Shown: positions 22,043 to 34,476, counted from the first letter of the stretch. The stretch is DNA of 64,000 bases from an uncultured cyanobacterium (GCA_963807635.1 CAWEDJ010000016.1:21199-85198), one strand, 5' to 3'. A program made the numbers and translations. The notes: generated by a model not told the origin, from the sequence alone.

Positions 22043-22329
22043 ATATATTTTTTATACTTAAGTAGTTGAGAATGATTTATTTTGTTGAATTAGCTACAGA
22101 TAAATTTTAGAGATGCTGATCTGAGAAAAAGAATTGATTTTTCTCTATCGTAAGTGGCAAGTTCTAAGATTTATCTCAATGATTATGAGCTTTTAGATTT
22201 TCTTTCAAAATTGTAGTCGATCTGAATCCATATTTTATTAAGTAGCCTTGTTAGAGATAGAACACGATCGCCGTTTTGCATTACTGAGAGATCAAACGCG
22301 ATCTATTCCTGATGGAGAGAAAACAAAAA

Positions 22330-22917
22330 TTACCGCATTGGCCCTAAATACTTGCGTAAATAAGGAGAAAAAACCTCATAAATCAGCGTTAAAGGTTTGC
22401 GGTCATGCCAAAAAAGATAATGCCTGCCCCAAAAAGGCCCTTTTTCCTGAAAAGCCGTTTCTAATGCCGCAGAATGACCATAATAAAGTCCCTGAATATC
22501 CCGATAAAGTTCCGTATGCAGATGGGAAAGACTATCCCAAATCGGTAAATTACGATTTTCTAGATATTCATCCACATGATTCGCATCCCACCAGGAAACC
22601 GCATAGGCTAATCGTTGCCCTGAGCTTGTCCGTAACCAAACCTGTCGTCGCAACCAGGGCTGGGGAACGGCGGCAATCTGTAAGGGCGCACCATCATCCA
22701 CTGTGCCGATTAAAGACATATCAATCACATCAACACAGGTTTTTTCACTGGTTAAGAGTTGCAAATGGCGAGTCGGGGAACCATCTCCTAGTATTAATAT
22801 TTGCCAAGCGGGAGCAAGTTGAGAGTGGGGCAATCCTTGTTTGACGGCGATTTCGTCTCCTTGCCAAAGAAGATCGAGGGAATACCAGGGTTGAACGATA
22901 GGAGGAGAAAGTTGCAA
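22330..22917 (-). CDS. Chorismate pyruvate-lyase family protein (DUF98, UbiC-like)
   Basis: LGDGSPTRHL, RRQVWL...LAYAVSWW, WGRHYLF and IYEVFSP. Confidence 0.85.
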   Translation of the reverse strand: MQLSPPIVQPWYSLDLLWQGDEIAVKQGLPHSQLAPAWQILILGDGSPTRHLQLLTSEKTCVDVIDMSLIGTVDDGAPLQIAAVPQPWLRRQVWLRTSSGQRLAYAVSWWDANHVDEYLENRNLPIWDSLSHLHTELYRDIQGLYYGHSAALETAFQEKGPFWGRHYLFWHDRKPLTLIYEVFSPYLRKYLGPMR

Positions 22918-23173
22918 ATGAGTTAGAAAAGAAGATTTACAAAACTTAATCTATTATCGCTTATGATCAGGGATCTTCGTTATCTAGGGAGAAATTTATC
23001 TTTTAAAAAAGTGGGAATCTTCAAAACAAGCTAAAATCCTGTAGGTATTTCCATCGATAAAAAAATATGGGTTAAAAATTGGTAAAATTAATCAAAACTA
23101 ACCATAATTTAGATCTTGACACCTTAGCTCCAATATTTGACGAATAATATTCAATTTTAGATAAAAATGTAGT

Positions 23174-23587
23174 ATGCTAACCATCACCAAAACAACCTCT
23201 ATTCCCCTCAACGAAATTGAAATGAGTGCCGTTCGTTCCCAGGGAACAGGGGGACAAAACGTTAACAAAGTCGCCACCGCCATTCACTTACGGTTTGATA
23301 TTGCAGCATCCTCCCTCCCCGAAACCTATAAAACCAGACTCTACAAACTCAACGATCAGCGCATTACCAAAGACGGAGTAGTTATCATCAAAGCCCAATC
23401 CCATCGGACTCAGGAACAAAATCGAGAAGAAGCTCTCCAACGACTCCAACAATTGCTATTGAGTGTGGCAAGCTTACCCCGAAAGCGGAAACCGACCAAA
23501 CCGACCCGTAGTTCCCAACGAAAACGCCTCGATCGCAAAACAAAACATAGCGCACTCAAATCTTCTCGAAAAAGTATTACGGATTAA
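23174..23587 (+). CDS. arfB: Alternative ribosome rescue peptidyl-tRNA hydrolase ArfB
   Basis: RSQGTGGQNVNKV (GGQ) and basic tail RKPTKPTRSS..KRL. Confidence 0.93.
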   Translation: MLTITKTTSIPLNEIEMSAVRSQGTGGQNVNKVATAIHLRFDIAASSLPETYKTRLYKLNDQRITKDGVVIIKAQSHRTQEQNREEALQRLQQLLLSVASLPRKRKPTKPTRSSQRKRLDRKTKHSALKSSRKSITD

Positions 23588-24088
23588 TTCTAATTAAACT
23601 CAAGAGATTGATTAGTTGATGAGTAAATTTATTTGCGATCGCTTGTTGTAAAAACACTTTTCAATAATCTCAAGGCTTTATCTAGCTTTTTAACCGTAAA
23701 AAATAGATCTTTTTGTGAGAGAAATTATACATTTCAAGCATCTTAGATATTAATTGAGACTAGATTTCAAACGCTGTCATGGGAAAATGGTATCAATTCC
23801 TGATTAATTTAACTTAATTTATCCTAAATTTTTGTCTCATACTAAATCCCGTTCTCATATTCTTTTTGAGTGAGGGTAGGGGCTTAGTTCCTCAGTCTTA
23901 TTCTCTATAAATTTAGCAACTCAATCCTTATCAAATTTAAAGGATTTTTTGTCAATAATATTTCGTATTGTACTAATGTTTTATAGTAATTTCTATAAAA
24001 ATGTATAGACACGGAAGAAATGAATATTTCATTTTAGTAGGGTACAAGATTTAGATAATTTAACAATATAAAAAACAAGAGGTATAAC

Positions 24089-25162
24089 ATGAAAATCGCT
24101 CAAATTGCGCCATTATGGGAAAGAGTTCCCCCTCCCGCCTATGGTGGAACGGAGTTAGTAGTTGGTTTATTAACCGATGGATTAGTGAAAAGAGGTCATG
24201 AAGTCACCCTATTTGCCTCTGGAGATTCGACAACCTTGGCTGAATTAGTGTCTGTTCATCCACGAGCATTACGACTAGATGATCAGGTTAAAGAATATGG
24301 TATTTACGATATGCTCAACCTCTCTGCGGTTTATGAAAGAGCAAGCGAATTTGATATTATTCATTCCCATGTCGGTTGTGTGGCCTTAACCTATGCTTCT
24401 TTAGTGAAAACGCCTACCGTTCATACTTTGCACGGTATTTTTACCCCCGACAATGAAAAGTTATTTAAACATAGTCGCAAACAACCTTTTATCAGTATTT
24501 CCCAGTCTCAACGGGAACCGCGATTAAATCTTAACTATGCGGCAACGGTTTATAACGGAATTGATCCCAGCCATTATACGTTTCATCCTGAACCTGATAA
24601 TCCACCCTATTTAGCTTTTTTAGGTAGAATATCCCCTGAAAAAGGCCCCCAATTAGCGATTGAAATTGCCAAGCGGAGTGGTTGGAAACTCAAAATGGCG
24701 GGAAAGGTTGATCCCATTGATCGAGAATTTTTTGAAACTCAGATTAAACCCCTTTGTGATGGTCAGCAAATTGAATATTTAGGAGAGGCTAAACATGAAG
24801 ATAAAAGCGTTCTTTTGGGGGGAGCTTTTGCCACACTGTTTCCCATAACTTGGCGCGAACCCTTTGGGTTGGTCATGGTGGAATCAATGGTCGTGGGAAC
24901 GCCTGTCATTGCGATAAATTTGGGGTCGGTTTCAGAGGTAATCGCTCACGGTAAAACGGGCTATATCTGCAATACGGTTGATGAGTGTGTTGCCGCCCTC
25001 GATCAAATTCCGAACCTGAGTCGCGATGTGTGTCATCAGTATGTTGTGGATAAGTTTAGTGCGGAACGGATGACTGCTAGTTATGAGGAAGTTTATAAGC
25101 AAGTGATGGCGGAGAAATATGCTCAAAATGGCCATGCTCATCAAATAGCGGGAGTACTCTAA
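24089..25162 (+). CDS. Glycosyltransferase family 4
   Basis: MKIAQIAP...PPPAYGGTE, GRISPEKG and EPFGLVMVE. Confidence 0.93.
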   Translation: MKIAQIAPLWERVPPPAYGGTELVVGLLTDGLVKRGHEVTLFASGDSTTLAELVSVHPRALRLDDQVKEYGIYDMLNLSAVYERASEFDIIHSHVGCVALTYASLVKTPTVHTLHGIFTPDNEKLFKHSRKQPFISISQSQREPRLNLNYAATVYNGIDPSHYTFHPEPDNPPYLAFLGRISPEKGPQLAIEIAKRSGWKLKMAGKVDPIDREFFETQIKPLCDGQQIEYLGEAKHEDKSVLLGGAFATLFPITWREPFGLVMVESMVVGTPVIAINLGSVSEVIAHGKTGYICNTVDECVAALDQIPNLSRDVCHQYVVDKFSAERMTASYEEVYKQVMAEKYAQNGHAHQIAGVL

Positions 25163-25207
25163 ACTTGTCTGCATAAAAACTGAATTCAAAGGCTCTAGTC
25201 GCTTTTT

Positions 25208-25344
25208 TAGAACGGGTTTGAAAGAAGGGGTTTGAAAATTTTTGCCGAACTCCTGAGCCACTAAAGACTTTAGGTTGTTTTTAGTGAAATCCTCAAAAAA
25301 ATTGCCCGATAAAGCTTAGAGCCTTCTTTTCAAACCTATTTTTA
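25208..25344. repeat. Long imperfect inverted repeat (possible MITE remnant)
   Basis: GGTTTGAAAGAAGG (25215) versus CCTTCTTTTCAAACC (25322). Confidence 0.45.
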
Positions 25345-25775
25345 GGGTTGGGTGATTGTAATTGTATCCGTCTCGGTAATTTTTCCAGAGATTTCTAATC
25401 GTTTAGATTTCCAATTTTTCCTGGATGCCTCTATTAATTGTCCTCGAATTCCTGGGAGGATGATACGTTAGATTTGGAACTTTTAAATTGCCCAGAAGTC
25501 ATAAAAGAGTTAGTATTTTCTGATAAAACTCAAGATGAATCATTGGCAGGAACCCAATATGTTTTTTTGGGAAGTGCATCTTTTTCGGCGATCGCCGTCA
25601 GGGAACTCAGAGGGAATCGACGCTCTCAGGGTGTCTGGGAGTCGCAGCCCAGGCTTAATTTGCGAGAGATTGTTTTCCATTCTCTACTGAATAAGGTAAG
25701 TTATTTAACGAGAGAAGTCTTAATTCATAAGTTCTGGTTAAGAGATGACTTCTTTTTGACTGGACAAACAACCCC

Positions 25776-27726
25776 ATGAAATCAAACAGCCCCCTACTAT
25801 CCATGCTGATGTCTCGTTCTCTAAAGATCCTTGGTACGAGTGTCATTTTTGCCCTTACCTCTGGCATCGTCACCACCGCTCAGACTTCTCCTTCTCGCCC
25901 TCCTGCTCCCTGGGCTAGGACTTCTATGAAAGCCGAGCCTGTTGCTGACCCCCAAAATTTATCCTCCCATTCTAGCCAGTCGAACCACAGTATTGAAACT
26001 GAATCTTTCCAAAAGCCCTCGGAAACGCCTGCGATCGCCTTTCCCAGTCAAATTTCTCAATCGATAGAATCCCCAGAGTCCCAACCCTCTTCGTTTCCTA
26101 ATAGACGGGAAAATCTCCTCAAGCCTCTTGATGATAATGGCGATAATCCTTCCAGATCCCAGGCAAATCCGTCTCAACAGCAATCTAATCCGAATTCCCT
26201 CAAGGCTGAAGTTGCCCAAGCGACCAATAATTTAGCGAATCAACCGATCGCAAACCCTTCTTTCCAAACGCCTAATCCCCTGGCTCAATCGGCTCAGAAT
26301 CCTGTTTTTCCAGCTAATCCTGCCAATGATGGGACGGGAAATGTTACCCCTGCCAATCCTGCTCCGAATGAATTGAATTCTAGCGGTAATCCTTTAATTT
26401 TCCCCACGAATCCCCAGGAAGTAGATACCACAACCCGTCAGTCCCTTACCCTGAATCAGGCGATCGAATTAGCCCTGCGCAACAATAAAGATTTTCAAGC
26501 GGCTCGTATTGCCCTAGAAAAAAGTGAGGCGAATTTAATATCGGCTCGTGCGGCCCTATTTCCCAGTCTGACGACGGAATTTGAGTTAAGTAGAGATAAT
26601 AGTGCCATTACTGAGATACAAAATGCTCTTGCTATTCAAAATGCTGCAAATTCTCCCATTCCCACCGATCCGATCCTCCAAGGCGAATCGACAACCAATG
26701 CGACGGGGAATGTGCAATTGACCTACAATATTTTCAGTGGAGGCGAACGGTCAGCCCAAATTGAAAAAGCGGAAAAACAAGTCCGTAGTAGTCGGTTGCA
26801 GGTAGAAGTGACGGCTGAACAAACTCGTTTTAGTGCAACGGATAGTTACTATGCTCTCCAGGGAACCGATGCCAGGTCGCGATCGCCCAGGCTTCCGTCG
26901 AAGATGCGTCCCAAAGTTTGAGAGATGCCCGATTATTAGAGCAAGCAGGACTGGGAACTCGCTTTGATGTACTACGAGCCGAGGGAGACTTAGCCACTGC
27001 CAACGAAGCTCTAACGCGGGCTATTTCTGATCAAAGAACCGCCAGACGGAGGTTAGTCCAGATTTTGGGGGTGGGACAAAAGGTTGAACTCACCGCCGCC
27101 GATCCCATCACCGAAGCGGGAGATTGGACAATGCCCCTGGAGACCAGCATTGTTCAAGCCTATAAAAACCGCGCCGAACTCGAACAACAATTATTGCAAA
27201 TCGATATTTACGAGCAAGATCGTTTTATTGCTCTCTCCTCCATTCAGCCCAAGATTGACTTTTTAGCGAATTACAATTACCAAAATAACTTCGACAACTC
27301 CGTTGGGATAGTTGATGGTTATTCCTTTGCCGCTAGGGTTCGCTGGACGTTTTTTGATGGGGGCAGAGCCTTTGCTGAAGCACGGAAAGCCGATCGCGAC
27401 ATCGACTCAGCCAAACCCAATTTGCCAAACAACGGGATCAAATTCGCTTTGATGTGGAAGAATCCTATTACACCCTCACTTCAACCAAGGAAAATATTAG
27501 TAGCACTCGCACCAATGTTACCCGTTTTGAAGAAGCCCTCAGACTGGCGCGGTTACGGTTCCAGGCAGGGGTGGGAACCCAGACGGATGTGATTAACGCC
27601 CAACGGGATTTGGCCAATGCACGGGGACGCTATCTCCAGGCGATTATTGGTTATAACCAGGCTTTGAATAAAATACAACGGGCGGTTAGTAATTTACCCG
27701 ATAATAATTTGTTCCAAATTCGTTAG
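25776..27726 (+). CDS. tolC: TolC family outer membrane efflux protein; two frameshifts at about 26872 and 27413
   Basis: LTLNQAIELALRNN, AGLGTRFDVLRA and ARLRFQAGVGTQTDV; long low-complexity N-terminus typical of cyanobacterial TolC. Confidence 0.88.
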
Positions 27727-27750
27727 GTTAAGGGAAAAGTTAGGCAAATT

Positions 27751-28948
27751 CTAAATAATACTGCTTCTTTTGCGGGCTTCTTTGTAGGATATTCCTATTT
27801 TTTGGAGTCCACTCCGTAGCATTTGTTGTTCTAATAGGGCAAAAAATCGAGCGCGATCGCCACCTCTGACGACGGCCTGGTTGTGGGCTTCCGCGATCGC
27901 CACAGGATACCCGTAACCCTTACTGACCTGGGCTAACATAATTCCCAGCGATCGGTCTAACAGGTCTGGATTTTGGACGACCCAGGCGGGAAACTCCACG
28001 CGGGCAATCTCAGTTCCCACATTGACATAACAAAAATAAACACGTTGAGCTTCGGGATATAAATCCAAAATACGGGAAGAACTCTGCCAGAGGGGACTGC
28101 GTTGACCAGGTTCTAGAAAATAACTCCAAAAAGTCGCATCTCGGAGCGGATCAAACACTTGACAGGGCGTTTTTTCATCCACTAGGGTCGCACAATGAAC
28201 GGGGCAATTGGGTTGATCATAACTGCACGCCTGTAATCGCAAAAAATTCATCGCTTCCGTACTCCGAGCCGCACTGATATAGCCCATCAGAGGAATGTTA
28301 TGTTCCCGTAAAATCTTCCCAGGCTTCGAGGATCGGCGGCAAAATACGCTCTCTGGCTTCGGTGGGTAAACTTTCGAGAAACCAATAGATCAAAGAGCCA
28401 TCTACCATCGCTAAATTCGGTTCTTTATGGGGGCCAGGGGGACTCACCCAGCGACAGCCCATTTCCGCTAAACCCTGGGCTTCTAGCACCGTTCTGCGGT
28501 AACCCATCCATTCTTCGGTACGAATACCCCAATGTTTAGAAATATGCAAATCTTCGCCACGATAATAGATTTCAGGAATACTATCCAGTAAGGGATGGCG
28601 ATTTTGCCCATAGTGGAGCATAATTCGACCAATATTAATCAAATAACAATAGGCAATTTCGTGGTTAGAAGGGGCGATCTGGGAACCATCGGTGGAAAAA
28701 ACACTGTGGGGATCAAGATACAAAGAGAGGTTTTTGCGGGTTTCCAGGGGTTCTACAGGGAGCGCAACGGAAAAAAAGAGGCGATCGCGCCAGGTCTGAT
28801 ATTTTTTGATAAGTTCTTGCTGTTGGTGTTGGGCTTGGATCAATAATTTTTCGGCTTTTTCGAGACGTTGACGACTCGCGGCGACTTCTTTGGTGAAGTG
28901 TTGACCAATTCCTGGCATTTGTCCTGCAAGTTTGGTGAGGTCTAACAT
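27751..28948 (-). CDS. NurA-family nuclease; frameshift at about 28310
   Basis: TDGSQI, AMVDGSLI, EIARVEFP and GYGYP..IAEAHNQAVV. Confidence 0.85.
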
Positions 28949-29047
28949 GGTAAATGATCCTGTTTAGGGTTTAAATATTTCTAGTAGCAAACGAGTTCTA
29001 CCTGTCCATTATTCCTGAATAGATTATCCTGGGTCGCGGTACGAAAA

Positions 29048-30136
29048 ATGAATAATTTGCTTCAAGATTTAACGCCCGATCTCCCCAATCCAGTTAAGCC
29101 CCGCCTGAGTCCCAGCCTCAAACAAAAATTATCTATTCCCTTAAAAATTGGCGACCTTACCCTGAATAGTCGTGTATTCCAATCGCCCTTGTCGGGAGTC
29201 ACCGACCTAGTTTTTCGGCGGTTAGTACGACGCTATGCCCCAGATTCCATGCTCTATACCGAAATGGTGAACGCAACAGAAATTCATCATCTCAGTCAGT
29301 TACCCCAGGTGATGGAAATCGATCCCCAGGAACAACCCATTAGTATCCAGTTATTCGATTGTCGTCCCGATTTTATGGCAGAAGCCGCTCAAAAAGCCGT
29401 CGCCGAAGGAGCAAAAACAATTGATATTAATATGGGCTGTCCCGTTAATAAAATCACAAAAAAAGGCGGTGGATCTTCCCTTTTACGTCAACCGAAAGTG
29501 CAGGCGATCGTGGAAACCGTCGTTAATGCCGTGCAAGTGCCTGTCACCGTTAAAACGCGCTTGGGTTGGGATGAAAACGAAATTTCTATTCTCGAATTCG
29601 CCCAGGGTTTACAGGATGCAGGGGCAGCCATGCTCACCTTACACGGAAGAACGCGATCGCAGGGATATACGGGGACAGCGAATTGGGATTGGATTCGGCG
29701 AGTCAAAGAAGTTTTGTCGATTCCTGTCATTGCCAATGGAGATATTTTTTCCCTCCAAGATGCAATTAATTGTTTAGAAATAACGGGAGCCGATGGGGTC
29801 ATGTGTTCACGGGGAACGTTGGGTTATCCTGCGTTGGTGGGAGAGATTGATCACTTTTTAAAAACAGGAAGTGTTTTACCCTCCATGACTCCTGAGCAAT
29901 CTTTGGAATGTGCAAAGGAACATTTGCGGCAATTGTGGGAATATAAGGGACAACGGGGAATTTATCAGTCTCGTAAACATTTAGCCTGGTATTGCAAAGG
30001 TTTTGTTGGAGCTTCTACCCTACGGGATCAAGTTTCTCAAATTTCGACAGTGACAGAAGGTATAGAATTACTCGATCGCGCGATCGCGGATCAGCAAGTT
30101 AACCAAGTAGAGAAGCGAGAAAAAGTTAGTGTTTAA
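29048..30136 (+). CDS. dusB: tRNA dihydrouridine synthase DusB
   Basis: SPLSGVTD, DINMGCPV, VTVKTR, HGRTR and IANGDI. Confidence 0.93.
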   Translation: MNNLLQDLTPDLPNPVKPRLSPSLKQKLSIPLKIGDLTLNSRVFQSPLSGVTDLVFRRLVRRYAPDSMLYTEMVNATEIHHLSQLPQVMEIDPQEQPISIQLFDCRPDFMAEAAQKAVAEGAKTIDINMGCPVNKITKKGGGSSLLRQPKVQAIVETVVNAVQVPVTVKTRLGWDENEISILEFAQGLQDAGAAMLTLHGRTRSQGYTGTANWDWIRRVKEVLSIPVIANGDIFSLQDAINCLEITGADGVMCSRGTLGYPALVGEIDHFLKTGSVLPSMTPEQSLECAKEHLRQLWEYKGQRGIYQSRKHLAWYCKGFVGASTLRDQVSQISTVTEGIELLDRAIADQQVNQVEKREKVSV

Positions 30137-30202
30137 AAAATATTTTGATCTTCATTTTTATTGATTTTTTTAGTTAGCTAATTAAAAGTAGATAAAATCT
30201 TT

Positions 30203-30290
30203 GTAGGGATATAATATATTATGTCCATTAACTTCTCGCTTTTAGTTAAAAATGTTCATTAACTTCTCGCCTTTACTCAAAAATGTCATT
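30203..30290. repeat. Truncated REP hairpin followed by a 31 bp tandem duplication
   Basis: GTAGGGATATAATATATTATGTCC, then CATTAACTTCTCGC(T/C)TTTA..(T/C)AAAAATGT at 30226 and 30257. Confidence 0.75.
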
Positions 30291-30339
30291 TCAGGATAAA
30301 ATAATCTTAAGAGACATGAATTAACCTATAAGAAAACCT

Positions 30340-31730
30340 ATGAAAAATCGACGCATTATTGATATTTTACGCAATGGTCAACCTGAAGAAGTCGTCATCG
30401 TCCAAGCCTGGGTGCGTACCAAACGGGAATTAAAGGAGTTTAGTTTTGTCGAAGTTAATGACGGTTCTTCCCTGGCGAATTTACAGGTTATTCTCGATGC
30501 CAACCTTCCCGATTATCAATCGTTGATTTCAAAACTCAATACAGGGGCTTCCCTAGAAGTTTCAGGTAATTTGGTTCCCTCACCTGCCAAGGGTCAACGC
30601 ATTGAACTCAAAGCCGATGCTGTCACAGTTTTCGGGGAAGCCAATCCCGAAACCTATCCCCTACAAAAGAAACGTCATAGTTTTGAATTTCTTCGTACTA
30701 TCGGTCATCTGCGATCGCGTACCAATAGCCTGGGAGCCGTGATGCGGGTTCGGAATGCCTGTGCCACAGCGATCCATCAATTCTTTCAAGAAAAAGGCTT
30801 TTTGTGGGTACATACTCCCATTATTACCGCCAGTGATTGTGAAGGTGCAGGGGAATTATTTACCGTCACGAATTTGAATTTGAATCAATTACCCTTAACC
30901 GAAAAAAAGACCGTTGATTTTGAACAAGATTTTTTTGGAAAACAAGCTTATCTAACAGTTAGCGGTCAATTGGAAGCGGAAATCATGGCTATGACCTTTC
31001 AAAATGTTTATACTTTTGGCCTACTTTTCGCGCAGAAAACTCGAATACTTCCCGCCATTTAGCAGAGTTTTGGATGGTGGAACCCGAAATGGCTTTTTGT
31101 GATTTGGAAGGCGACCAAAACTTAGCAGAAGAGTTTCTCAAATATATTTTTAAATACGTGATGGAAACCTGTCCTGAAGACATGGAATTTTTTAATCAAC
31201 GCATTGATAATACGGTCTTAGAAACGGCAAATAATATCATTAACAATGATTTTGCTCGGATTACCTATACCGAAGCAATTAAATTATTAGAAAACTGCGA
31301 TCGCTCCTTTCAATATCCTGTTGAATGGGGAATTGATTTACAATCAGAACACGAACGCTATTTAGCCGAAGAAGTGTTTAAAAAGCCGATGATTGTCACC
31401 GATTATCCCGCCCAAATTAAAGCGTTTTATATGCGTTTAAATGAAGATGGAAAAACCGTTGCGGCAATGGATATTTTAGCTCCAAAAATTGGTGAAATTA
31501 TCGGTGGTTCCCAACGAGAAGAACGGTTAGATGTGCTAGAGCAACGGATTAAAGCCCAGGACATGAATCCCGATGATCTCTGGTGGTATCTCGATCTACG
31601 TCGTTTTGGAACCGTCCCCCATGCAGGTTTTGGGTTAGGATTTGAGCGCATTGTTCAATTCATGACAGGAATGGCTAATATTCGAGATGTGATTCCTTTC
31701 CCTCGGACTCCTTTAAATGCAGAGTTTTAG
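30340..31730 (+). CDS. asnS: Asparagine--tRNA ligase; frameshift at about 31020
   Basis: [19 protein letters not shown](P)[22 protein letters not shown] restored, GGSQRE and GFGLGFER. Confidence 0.96.
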
Positions 31731-31799
31731 ATGGTGGTAATGCCAAATTCAATGAAGTTTAGGGCTGTTAAGCTGTTAATTATCTAAAACGCATACAGG

Positions 31800-31819
31800 C
31801 AAGGGGCTTAAGCCCCTTG
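31800..31819. repeat. Palindromic repeat CAAGGGGCTTAAGCCCCTTG, copy 2
   Basis: Perfect 20 bp palindrome downstream of asnS. Confidence 0.75.
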
Positions 31820-31884
31820 TTATAAAACTTTGAACAAAGTCATTATGCAATCTAAATTTTTAGAAACAAATTTAGCATAAATAA

Positions 31885-32435
31885 ATGAAGACTTTACGAG
31901 TTTATAGATTTTTTTTGAGTAATCTTTTAATGAGTTTCTTTGTCTTTTTACTTCCAGTCCAAGCAGGACAATTGAGTAACGGCCAAACTTTTTTTGATCA
32001 TCCCCCCTTACTACTAGAAGCTTCAACAACCTATAAAGAAGTGTGGGTTTGGGCGGCTACATATTATTTCACCATTTTTCTGCCACATAATGCGGGAGAA
32101 CCCCTAAAACAGATTGTGTTTCAACAAAAACCAAGCCCTGAAATGATTGATTTTTATCCTGAAAAAACGATCGCTTTTATGGGAACTCGTGATGAGCGGG
32201 GAAAGGGATTAAATATTCAGCAGAGCCAATGGAATCCAGAAACCAATAGTATGACGGTTACTTTTGATCCTCCGATTCCTCCTGGGGCGACTATCACGGT
32301 CGGCTTGAAACCACTCCAGAATCCTAGCGTTGCTGGAACCTATTTATTTGGTGTGACGGTTTTTCCCGAAGGGGCGATCGCCCAATCGATGTATTTAGGT
32401 GTTGCCGCCTACATTTTTATAAAAATTATTGGTAA
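31885..32435 (+). CDS. DUF2808 family exported protein; frameshift at about 32404
   Basis: ATYYFTI.LP..AGEPL, FDPPIPPG, NPSVAGTYLFGV; corrected end LGVGRLHFY. Confidence 0.8.
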
Positions 32436-32447
32436 TTTCCTGAATTT

Positions 32448-33161
32448 CTATCCTGTAAATTGCCAAATTAAAATTGCGTACAGGTAGGCGATCGCTTCCG
32501 AAGTAATTGTCCGAAAACCTGCACTAGAAGCCCACCATTTAGTAGGTTCATAAAAAGGAGAAGGATAGGCAAGAATTCCAACAGAAATTTCGGGATATAA
32601 AATTCGCGAAAAAATAAACCAACTTCTTCTACTATGAGCATCGTAGGAATATACATTAATTGCCTTAATTGGTAATGAAGATGCTAAAATCCAATTTTTA
32701 ATTCCTAAAGCGGATGCGGCTGTTCGGTCTTTTTTGAGTCTAGGGGTAGGGATCACAACAATTTTATCGGGATCAACACCTAAATTAATTAACATCGCTT
32801 CTGCAAGTCCCGCATAACTTTTATAACTAGCTAAAACAGAGCCTTCTCCTAATTCTTCCCCTGTGGTCAAAATTAAATCATATTTACCTTGTTGAAATTC
32901 CATTTTTGCTGCTTTCATTCCATACTCATCGATCCATCCTTCAACGACTAATATTTGGGATGGAATGGGTTGAGAAATTACTAAAAAAGGTTGGACTGTT
33001 CTGAGAATTAAAATCAAAAGTATGATTAAGGAAATAGTCAATATTCCCCAACCTTGGGGGCTTAATGTCCACTGTGGTTTATATTCTAAGAGTCCCCAAA
33101 GTTTTGTTATTTTAGGATAGGGCATTTTGGATAATAATATTTTTTCGCGAAACAAACCCAA
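32448..33161 (-). CDS. YdcF/DUF218 family membrane protein
   Basis: LVVEGW, LILTTG, DRTAASA and HSRRS; start codon uncertain. Confidence 0.78.
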   Translation of the reverse strand: MGLFREKILLSKMPYPKITKLWGLLEYKPQWTLSPQGWGILTISLIILLILILRTVQPFLVISQPIPSQILVVEGWIDEYGMKAAKMEFQQGKYDLILTTGEELGEGSVLASYKSYAGLAEAMLINLGVDPDKIVVIPTPRLKKDRTAASALGIKNWILASSLPIKAINVYSYDAHSRRSWFIFSRILYPEISVGILAYPSPFYEPTKWWASSAGFRTITSEAIAYLYAILIWQFTG

Positions 33162-33245
33162 TTCTGTTATTATCAGACAGGGTTTATTTTTACCTAATTT
33201 TAAGATAAATCTCTCTAAAATATTTTTTATTTTAAACGATTAATA

Positions 33246-33721
33246 ATGAATCAAACCCTTGAGTCTGTGACAATTTACACCGATGGTGCTTGTATCGGCA
33301 ACCCTGGCCCTGGTGGCTATGGTGTGGTTTTACTTCATCAGGGCGATCGCCAGGAATTGTCGGCAGGATACCGCCTAACGACGAATAATCGGATGGAAAT
33401 GATGGCGGCGATCGCGGCTCTAGAAGCGTTGAGTAACCCTTCTGTCGTCACACTCTATAGTGATTCTCAGTATTTAATTAATGCGATAGAGAAAGGTTGG
33501 GCTAAAAAATGGCAGGCGAATGGTTGGAAGCGAAACGCGAAGGAAATGGCAAAAAATCCCGACCTTTGGGAACGGTTATTAAAACTCTGTAAAGAACATA
33601 AGGTGAAATTTATTTGGGTCAGGGGTCATTCGGGTAATGCGGAAAATGAAAAATGCGATCGCCTAGCGGTGGCCGCGCCAGACAATCCAACTTATTATCA
33701 GATGACGGTTATACGCCTTAA
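33246..33721 (+). CDS. rnhA: Ribonuclease HI; frameshift at about 33676
   Basis: IYTDGACIGNPGPGG, TTNNRME, SDSQY and WVRGHSGNAENEKCDRLA; corrected tail ..SDDGYTP. Confidence 0.95.
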
Positions 33722-33730
33722 TGTTGAGTA

Positions 33731-34409
33731 TTGAGTTCTACTTTAGTCGAAGAACGCTATAATTTACGCGTATATCCTGTGTTAATTAACATATTACCGA
33801 TTTCGACTAAACAAATGATTCCTAATCGCTATTATTCAGAAATTTTAGGAATCACTGCTCATCAAGATTATCAAGTCATCAATCTTTGGGAAGTCGATGT
33901 TAATTTAATTTTTCGAGATAATCTCTCTACTTTATTACCGTTTGTTCCCATTTTGAAAGGAGGAAATAGTGAAAATAACCTACGTCAAGCCGTGAGAGAA
34001 TTACGGGCAGACGAACAGTTAAAAGACTTAGAACCCTTATTATCATTTTTCGCTAGTTTTGTGTTAGATATTCCTTTAGTACAACAAATTATGAGGTGGG
34101 ATATGACCGTATTACGAGAATCGCCTTGGTATCAAGAAATTCTGAAAAAAGGATTGGAAAGAGGCGAGAAACAAGGATTAGAGCAGGGATTGGAACGTGG
34201 TTTGCAACAAGGTTTGCAACAGGGTTTACGGCAGGGAGAAGCCATTTTAATTTTACGTCAATTAGATCGACATTTTAGTACCATTGAGTTTTCTCTAAAA
34301 CAAAAAATTCAAAATCTATCCACTGCTCAACTAGAATTATTGGGAGAAAGTTTACTTGATTTTTCTGAATTGTAAGATTTATTGAATTGGTTAGAAAAAA
34401 TTAATTGAG
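33731..34409 (+). pseudogene. N-terminally truncated Rpn-like/DUF4351 protein with a premature stop at 34373
   Basis: LRESPWYQEI, G.EQG repeats and QLELLGESLLDF; L*DLLNWLE continues after the TAA; no proper N-terminus. Confidence 0.75.
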
Positions 34410-34476
34410 TTGATTTGAAAGGCGATCGCTTAAATTATTGTTGTGATTATTTAAGTAAGGGGAATGTATTCCGAAA

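Noticed and set aside
22248..22844. 198 aa plus-strand ORF
   Set aside because: Antisense shadow of the chorismate lyase gene; likewise most 60-130 aa ORFs overlapping real genes
25438..25779. 113 aa ORF upstream of tolC
   Set aside because: TTG start, no recognisable motif; cannot be supported as coding
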